This document shows positions 13,036 to 22,341 of a stretch of 64,000 bases of DNA, in pieces. Every line of letters starts with the position of its first letter. Position 1 is the stretch's first letter. Both the position numbers and the translations under genes were made by a program. Source of the stretch: Geosiphon pyriformis uo1 (lineage: Eukaryota; Fungi; Glomeromycota); assembly GCA_016748015.1 (NCBI GenBank), contig JAAOMT010000226.1:124001-188000 (forward strand), read 5' to 3'. The notes beneath the pieces were generated by a model that saw nothing but the letters and a program-made list of their open reading frames with translations, made no database searches and had not been told where the DNA came from.

Positions 13036-16000
13036 ATGGCAGAATCAGAAATTATAGGAGCCAACCACTTAGGATTTGCAAAATTCTTGTTTCAACAATA
13101 CAGTCAACAATTAGGATTAAACAGTAATCACTACCCAGCCAAATCAGCCTTCAACTATTACATCAATGATAAAATCACAGACTGTTTAGGAGGAACTGTT
13201 AATATTGAGTCAGCAAGAGAAAATTTTTATACAGAATTATTTCAACACACCAGCTTACCAAGAAATTACAGTTTCACCCCAATCATCAGGGAAATTAATC
13301 AAATCATTGAAAGATACATACAACAACAATTTTCCATTACCTACGCAGACAAAGGTAAAGGAAGAATACAAACACCAGCAGTGACACCAAAAAGAATACA
13401 GTTACCTGGTTGGAAGAAACACAGAGTAGAATTACCAACCACTCCATCATATCACTACATACCTGGAAGCACCATCAACATTTTATCAGTAAACATGTCC
13501 ACATTAAACATGACATTAATATTTGGAAGATTTCAGTTTCAAAGCAAACAATGGAAAGAAGACTTACTAAGACCATATGGTGCATATTTTGAAAGATTTA
13601 AATCATGATCCCTAATGCCATCAGGAATTCAATTACCAATACCCTAACCAGATTTCAGAGCTGCTACTCCATGGAAATTATTAGAGAAAGAAGAAAAAGG
13701 AAGTGAAGATCAAAGATTTACTTACCAAAACTCAATCTCAGAAAACTCGGAATTCGGAATCCCAAACATTCAAACTCTGCAAAACTCAAACATAGAAAAT
13801 CTGGAAATTAAAACTCTGAATATTAGAACTTAGCAAAATCAAAACAATCAGAACTCCAATTTAATTAATCAGCCAAACATACTTCCAAATATTGTCATCA
13901 ATCACCCACCAATTGATCCGATAGTCAAACCCATTTAGCAGCCACCTCAACAATCAAATCTGCAAATCCAACAGTCACAAGGACCACTTTAGCAACCACT
14001 ACTGCAACAACAACCACTACAGCAGCCATAACAACAACTAAACATAAACCAAATGGCCTACGCACCTATTGCCAAGTTAGAAAACTTTACTGATGAAGAA
14101 GACGACACTCAAGCATGAATCAATGACATCTCCAAGGCCATTATAGTGAACAATTGGGATGATGCCAGAGTCTTATAGACAATCCCATACTTTCTCAAAG
14201 AAACTGCCAATTCTTGGTATCAGAGTTTAGCTGCCAGATCACAAACATTCCAACAATTCAAAACTGCCTTTCTGGAATATTTTAGCAACAATAACAGTAT
14301 TAATTGTCTAGCCAATACTTTCACCACAATCAAACAGAATAATACTGAAGCAGTCACAACATACCTAGAATGCTTTCATAAAGTCCTATGCCAAATTCAA
14401 GCCATCAATGCTGTGTATTTCACAGAACCCCAAATCCTCAACCAGTTTATTTGTGGCCTGCACAGTAGCATTTTGCAACATGTACGCCCATTACACCCAG
14501 CCAACCTTCAAGCTACAATTACACATGCCAGAGATTTTGAATTAGCTGAGCTAAAAGCCAATCACACTCAAACTGTAAATTTAATAATGAATGGATCATC
14601 TGATTTGGATTCCAAATTGAAGCAAATCAGTGATATCATCAATCAGAAAATAGAGGGATACTTAGCTGACAATAGCATGATTTATCAACCTTCTCAACAG
14701 CATAACAATTAGGGAAACAGGAATTGTTTCCAAAATCAGTTACGTCCATTGTCATCATCCAATCAGCAATGGCAGCCAGAGATGCATGTTTGCCACAACT
14801 GTGGTAAACAAAGCCACATAAAAGCCAACTGCAACACTTATAACTGACAATCGGGAAATCAACATTGAAACCCTAATCACCGATTCCAAACCCTGAATCA
14901 ATATCAAAATCAAGAGCAAAATTAAAACACTTACCTGCCAATGATGCAGCAGCCAATTTATTAAGCACCAATATATCAGACTTCAGTTTATTAACCGCAG
15001 CCACCAGCAATATATCAACTGCAGCCATTCATAATATATCAACCACACCCACAAGTAATCTATCAATCTCAAACCATTCAAACACCACTCCAAAACTTAC
15101 CTCAACATGGAACCCAAAGACTGAGAATAACACAACAAAACTGAAGATTGGCGATGGTTGTCTACCAACTGATCTTCAGTTCTTCTAACTTACCATCAAG
15201 ATTACATTCTCGAAATTCGGGTACTGATACCACCCAAAATCTGAATTCCCAGAACTATTTAAGTCTTCTGGTTACCTCAGAAGACATCACACCCAACAAC
15301 CCGGAACCCAACCCAATCCAAAAACTTACCAGCAATGGTTACTGAAAATGAAACATTAGCAGCCATCTTCCTGTTTGAGTTCGAAAAAACCACCCCAGTC
15401 CTATTATTCAGTGGAACCACCCTTGAAGAAAAACTCATTACAGCAATGTATACTAATGCCAAAGTAGATGGCCACTCCATTAAATTAATCCTAGACAGTG
15501 GTTCAGCAGGCAGTATTATCATGTGACAACTCATGGACCAATTAAGTCACTGAGTTGATCGTGCTGCTAGTGCTCATATAATCACTGCTGATAGAGCAAC
15601 CAAAACTCCAATCAGTAAAATTGACAATTTCCCATTCAAAATCAATGGCATTATAATACCCATAAAAGTCTTGGTAATGAAAGCCACTTAGTATCAAGCA
15701 TTCATTGGCAATGATTGGTTATTCAAAACCAATGCAATGCTTGACTGGACCACCCAGAAACTCCAACTCAGCCAAAATGGCCAACACACACGAGTCCCAG
15801 CAACGTGTGGCCATTTCAAACTCAGCAATATTAGGACAACAACACTGCTTATCAAATTCAAGAAGGAAGAAAACAAACCAATGTGGAAAGTGTATCAAGT
15901 ATTATGGACCAAGGTTGACCACAATGAACTGCCACCAATACTTTCTTGGAATGACAACAACAACGAGAAAAGAAAACAAAGAGCAGAACTTACCTGGGAA

Positions 16001-19000
16001 ACAGATAACCTGACTTGAACCAATAATGACAAACTGACATTGAGCTGGGAATGGAAAAAAAACAAAGAAAGCAATAAAGGGAAGAGAAAAAAGAAGGAAG
16101 AAGAAACAACATTCACTAACACCACTGCTCATAACTCACACATTTATCTATTAGTACCAACTAATTATCATTGATCAAGGCTGATATGTGTTGATTGCAG
16201 CAAGAAATTGTTGTCAATGGGCGCATGCTGTGGCAACAATGAAGAATATTCAATGGCCACCAGATTCTACAGCTGCGCATACATCATAAAACACTTTAAA
16301 AGACCAAACCAGGTGGGAAAATGGGACAATACACTATGTTTAGCTTGTGGAGAGACACTTTTGGACGAAGGAATGTGGAATGACATTCCTGGTCAAAGAA
16401 AAATATGTGATACTTTGTGCCAGTACACAATCCTTATCAGTGATTGGGTTAAGAAAAGGACATCCATAGAAGTCGTCTGGAGAAGAGCAGTATGATGATT
16501 GAAAATTTGTTTACATAACAATGATAAAATCTGGAGAATAGCCTTCACCAAAATTCAAGAAACATTATCCAAAGAAATCAAAGAAGTCAAAAACAACCCA
16601 CCAGAACCCTTAGAACTCAATTGGGACAAAGAACTAGTCATAAATCTCTTGGAACCAAAAGAGTTTCATGAACATTATCAAACTTTAACACCTACAAAAG
16701 AAAAACAAGAGCAATATTTGGCCCAAATAAACACCAGACTATGTGACCACTGTTTGATTCCCTGTAACTTCCAATATTGTAATAAGTGTGACCTCATTTA
16801 CAATCCACCACCACGCATGATCTACACAATCCTAGAGGAAATTGAACCAATCAGCAGCTGTGCATCCAAATCGGAATTACTGTTCAATCTCGATTCAAAC
16901 TCTGACAATGACAATAACAAAAACACCAGTTCCAGCTCTGTTCAAATTGGCAATAGCAATGACAATGATTCCAACTCAGATTCAAACTCCGACCCATAAT
17001 ATGAACAATATATTGCACTGTCAGACTTTTCCAAAGAACAGAAGTTAAAATGGTATAGTGACAATAATGAAGATATTATGCCAGAACACACACATAATAC
17101 TGATGCTAAGTTTGATCTGTGGTATCTAAGAAAAGATGCCATCAAATTAAAACCACATTCACGCACTTACATTGATCTGAAAGTAGCATTAAAAATCTTA
17201 GCAACAACAATGGTTCAACTAGCATTTAGGAATAGTTTAGCAAAAAAAGAGATTAATATAAGAGAAGAAATAATTAACACAGAATATGTAGGAAATATCA
17301 TTGTTATGCTACAAAATGATTCTGAAGAGGCCTATATCATAGAGCCAAAGAAAAAAATAGCACAGACAATATTCCTGCCTCTGGTGAAAATAGGGAGAAA
17401 TTAGAGATAACAGCAAAAAGAATACAGGGATTTGGATCAATGAGTAGAATAGATATACCAGTCAATATGGCAGAAAAAGAAATTGTTGACCAAAGAGAAA
17501 TTATCTCAACGGGTTAAGCAATTTCCATTCCACCATATGGCCAGTACATGGTAGAGATAAAGTGGGAAATAAAAGAACAGAATCAGATTTTTGAAGCAGA
17601 ACCAACCCTTTGTGAATCAGAAGAGATTAGACTCATCAATCTCCATATACCAGCCAAAGATTACAGCCACATCAAAATTTCTATCTATAATAACACAAGA
17701 AATGTCATAGTAATATCAGCTGGAATCATCATTGGATACTTAGACACTAAAATAGAGGATCAACCACCAAGCACCATTTCAGACTTTCCACAGCTTTGTG
17801 AATATGTCAATATCACATCACAAACAATATACAGATGAAGTGAATGTTATTTGCTCCAACCAGAGCAATTGGAACAAATGAACATAGAAAACTTAGACCC
17901 ATTCCAATGTATGTAGCTTAAGATGTTGCTCAACAATTTCAACAACATTTTTGCCAACAAAAACAAGTTTGGCCGAACTGACATTATCCAGCATCAGATC
18001 AAGACTGGAGATGCAATGCCAATTAGCATACAGAGTACCACTAGCTAGCCATGAGATCATTTGTTAAGAGATAAACCGAATGCTTAACAACAGGCTAATT
18101 CAATCATCAATGAGCCCATAGTTATTACCAGTGGTACTCGTCTGGAAGAAGAATAGAAAAATCCAATTTTGTGTGGACTACAGAAAACTCAATAGTATAA
18201 CTCGTGGAGACAGCTATCCAACCCCAAGAATACAAGAATTGTTTGATGCTTTCAGTAGAAACAAATGGTTCTCAACATTAGACTTAGACAGTAGTTACTG
18301 GCAAGTAGCCATAGATTCAGCCAACAAAGAGAAGATGGCATTCACCACTAAAGAAGAGAATTTCAAATTTGAAGTAATGTCATTTGGCTTAACCAATGCT
18401 CCAGCCACTTTCCAATGGCTAATAGAAATTGTTTATACTGGCTTATTGTGGAAATCAATAGTTGTATACTTGGACAACACCAATGTATTCTCAAAAACAT
18501 TTGATGATCATCTTCATCATTTTCAACAAGTGTTCGAAAGGCTAAGAAGAGCAGAACTAAAGTTAAATACAATAAAGTGCTTCTTTGGCAAGACAGAACT
18601 AAAATTTTTGGGACACATAGTCAGCAAAGACGGCATCAAAACAGATTCAGAGAAAATAGAGATAGTAAAGAACTTTCCAGTACCAACCAATGTGACTGAA
18701 TTAAAATTATTCTTGGAATTTGCAAGCTATTATTAATGCTTTATAAAGAACTTTTCAAAGATAACTCAATCACTCAATAATCTGCAAACCAAGAATACAA
18801 AATATAAATGAACAAAAAGTCAACAAGAAGCTTTTGATATTCTGAAAAGAAAGCTCATTTAAGCTTCACTACTAATCTATTCAGATCACAACAAACCATT
18901 CATCATTATCACCAATGCATCAGGCCAAGCATTGGAAGCAGTACTATCTCAGAAGAGACCAGATGGTAGAGAACATCCAGTAGCATATGCCAGCCAAGGT

Positions 19001-19270
19001 CTAACACCAGCTGAAAAGAACTATGGAACACCAGAACTAGAACATTTAGCAATCTATTAGGCAGTTATGAAGTAAAATGAATACTTGAGCCAAAAGTTTG
19101 ATATATACACGAATCATAAAGAGTTAACATCACTTCAAAAGCAAGAATTTGATAATGGCTGCCAATTCAGATGGAAAATGGCCCTGTTACAATATACTTA
19201 TACTATACACTATAAGAAAGGAAAAAACAATGGAAATGCCAATGGTTTGTCGCAAATAAGACAAATCTAA
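13036..19270 (+). pseudogene. C gag-PR-Cys-rich-dUTPase-RT-RNase H polyprotein region
   Basis: CHNCGKQSHIKANC; LILDSGSAG (~15490); CVDC/CLAC/CDHC..C..CNKC; dUTPase ~17090-17445; YLDN (from YLDD); ends NANGLSQIRQI*. Confidence 0.92.
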
Positions 19271-19332
19271 GAATATTTCAACCCAAAAATATAACAAAAC
19301 CAGAACAATACCAACGAAAAATATAACAAAAG

Positions 19333-20715
19333 ATGAACATACAAAAATATCAACAACTTCAACATTATATAAACACTTAACAGTTTAAGAAGAATTTATT
19401 TCAAATGGAACGAAAGAGTATCAAACAACAATTAAAATATTTTATTACTCACCAAAATATACTTTATCGGAAAAATAGAAGAGATCTAGATCAACCAACC
19501 AGAGTAATTACAAAGCCAGAAAAAGAGACAATATTATTCAACATGCACTCAAATCCAACAGCAGAACACTTTCACAAAGAAGCAACCATGGAAAGAACCT
19601 GAAAAAAATACTATTGGCTATCAATGTATCCAGACATCATCCAATATGTTCAAAATTGTGATGCTTGTCAGCAAAGAGGAAGAACAAGACCCAATGAACC
19701 ATTAAGACCAATCAAAGTGGGACAACCATTCGACTGTATTGGAATTGATTTAGTCAGACCATTAACAATTACCAGCAGAGGAAACAGATACATAGTAGTA
19801 GCCATGGACTATCTCACTAAATGGCCAGAGGCAAAAGCAATTCAAAGAGCAGATGCAAAATCTATTGCCAAATTTGTTCATTAAGATTTAATTTGTCAAC
19901 ATGGATGTCCAAAAGAATTATTATCAGACCAAGGAATGCATTTTGTGAACAGAACATTAACAGAATTAAGCCAAAGATTCGGAATTAAGAGACCATTATT
20001 ATTACCATACCATCCACAAACCAACAGATTAGTCGAAAGATTTAACAGAACATTGTGTGAAGCAATAGCTAAGTTCAGCCAAGAAAACCAGAATGATTGA
20101 GATTTGTTGATACTATCAGTACTATTTGCTTATTGGACAATGAAGCAAGATACTACACAAGCAACACCATTTAAATTAGTATATAGTAAAACAGCAACAC
20201 TACCAGTGGAAATAGAAGTCAGCACATACCCAACCAAACCAATAACAGAAGAGAATTTCAAAAACACATTGTTGAAAAGAACATATGACTTAATGGAAAC
20301 ATTAGAAAACAAATGACAGAGAACAGCTGATAACATACAAAGGTCACAAGAGAAACAAAAAGAAAGACATAATAACCAACTACCAGATAAACCAGTTGAA
20401 CTCAAGATTGGAGACAAAGTACTACTACATCATACCAAAGTGGAAAAACAATGGAGTGGAAAATTTAACCCCAAATGGGACAGATCATTTCACATAGAAA
20501 AAATTCTAGGAAATGGAGCTTACAAATTAAGATTAAATAACAAAATCTTGACCAAAGTAGTACATGAAAATCGACTGAAACCATACCACCATAAAGCATC
20601 ATCATCCACCAGTAATATTCCACAACTGAGAGTACAAAGAATACTAGTCCAACCAGATAAGATTCCACAAGATCTGGAACCAATTATCATTATTGATAAC
20701 AACACATCCAATTGA
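19333..20715 (+). pseudogene. Integrase of C (own ATG)
   Basis: MNIQKYQQLQHY; H..H..CDAC; GIDLV, SDQG, VERFN; tail LEPIIIID. Confidence 0.9.
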
Positions 20716-20739
20716 TTAACAGAAAGAATATATAAAGAC

Positions 20740-21399
20740 ATGGTCGACACAATAGAAAAACACAGAAAAATAGAAATTACTGACAACATTCATTTATTAG
20801 CACAACAAATCTTTCAATTAATCCAACACCAGGAGATAGAAATTACAATTAATCAACAAACCATTTGATACAAAAGTACTACAAAAATACCACAACACAA
20901 AATACAGAGAAAACTCGAAAATGTTGTTGACAAAATCATAACCAAAATAAAATTGGCCATGAAAGAACAACAAATAGTCAGATTACACCAAGAACTTACC
21001 GAAAAAACTTGGACTTGGTGGATGCAACAATTTCCGAAAAACTATTGTTATTTTTACTTGGGACAACACGTAAATATCCAGAATTTGTACACTGACAAAA
21101 CAAAATGGTTATTTGACACAACAATACTGAGACAACTGAAACAATATGTGGGAAAGAACAATCTAACCACACAAGCTCAAGCCATTTACCAGCTATATAT
21201 GGGATTTCAGGACTAACCAGAAATCTTACTCAACACAGCAATAGATACAGTTACGAGTAATCAATTGGGAAAAATGACCAATGCCCAATTTGAAGAACTA
21301 CAAACTCAAATAACACAAGTAATACTCGAAAAAAAAGTTCAAGAAATAATTCAAGAAGAGGAATTAAAAGAGTTAGATTTTGATGGAGCTCAATATTAA
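20740..21399 (+). pseudogene. ORF3 of C (~219 codons, two premature stops)
   Basis: MVDTIEKHRKIEITD...YFYLGQH...AIYQLY...LGKMTNAQFEEL...LDFDGAQY*. Confidence 0.8.
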
Positions 21400-21412
21400 A
21401 AGGAGGGAATAA

Positions 21413-22341
21413 TGTTACTCATAGAATATAGGAAGTATATTATTATTAGCAAATAGATATTAGCCAATCAGAAGTAGATGTAGTAAATGTGGAATTCTAG
21501 GATTCTTCTCAGAGAAATTGCAGGATTCCAGGAATTTCAGGATTCTCCAGTGAAGAATTGCAGGATTCCAGAATTCCAGGATTTCTCTCATCAGGAATTG
21601 CAGGATTCTAAGAATTCCAGGATTCCTGTCACAAGAAATTGAAGAATTGAGAAATCTTAAATATGTATATATAGCAGTAGTATTAGAAGCAGAAAAAAAA
21701 AAAATTGACACCAAGAATCCTTAGCTTAGTTACCACAATTCTCAAATAAATAATTATTCACTATATCAGATTCATTCTTCACTATCAACACTTCATGTTG
21801 ATAGTAATTAATACTTAACCATACTAGAACAATAGCTCTTGATCACAGCTATTGACAGGATACTAACTTGCAAATTGCCTTGGCTTATTTCTTATTTTTT
21901 CTTTTATCTTTTCTTTATTTTCTTTGTTGTCTATTAACTTAATTAAAAGATTTACTTTTGGAGGACTTACAGAGGAATAAAATGTACTTAAACAATACTT
22001 ACTTTTGGAAGACTTATGGAGGAATAAACTTGCTTAAACAATACTTACTCTTGGAGGACTTATGGAGGAACTGACATTAGGAAACAGCATTGGCATACAC
22101 TTACGGAGGATATTGTACTAAGAGAATCATCAACTATCAAGCTGAGCAAGCAATCGACAAAACTATGGTTTCAGGAAACTACTGATAAACTGTTACCACT
22201 GAATCTCTGTCCATTATACAAAGAACTCAATTGGAAAACCTTCAGATAAAATACCTTCAGATTATCATCATCACTAATTGCTTTGAGCACCAAGTTACAG
22301 GTTTGTTATTCACATAACACCCCAAAAAATTATCTGTAATA
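21413..22341 (+). repeat. 3' LTR of C
   Basis: TGTTACTC...TGTAATA; three ~47-bp units; longer GGAATTCC array. Confidence 0.94.

Larger units (their letters stand above)
12076..22341 (+). mobile_element. Ty3/gypsy element C, uninterrupted, ~10.3 kb, nested in B
   Basis: LTRs 12076-12974 and 21413-22341; TSD ATGC at 12072-12075 and 22342-22345; PBS from 12975; PPT 21398-21412. Confidence 0.96.

Noticed and set aside
20740-21399. env gene
   Set aside because: No signal peptide, transmembrane helix or furin-plus-fusion-peptide pattern is visible.
21491-21640. Heat-shock or STAT elements in the U3 array
   Set aside because: GAA/TTC spacing does not give canonical nGAAn triplets, so a factor cannot be assigned from sequence.
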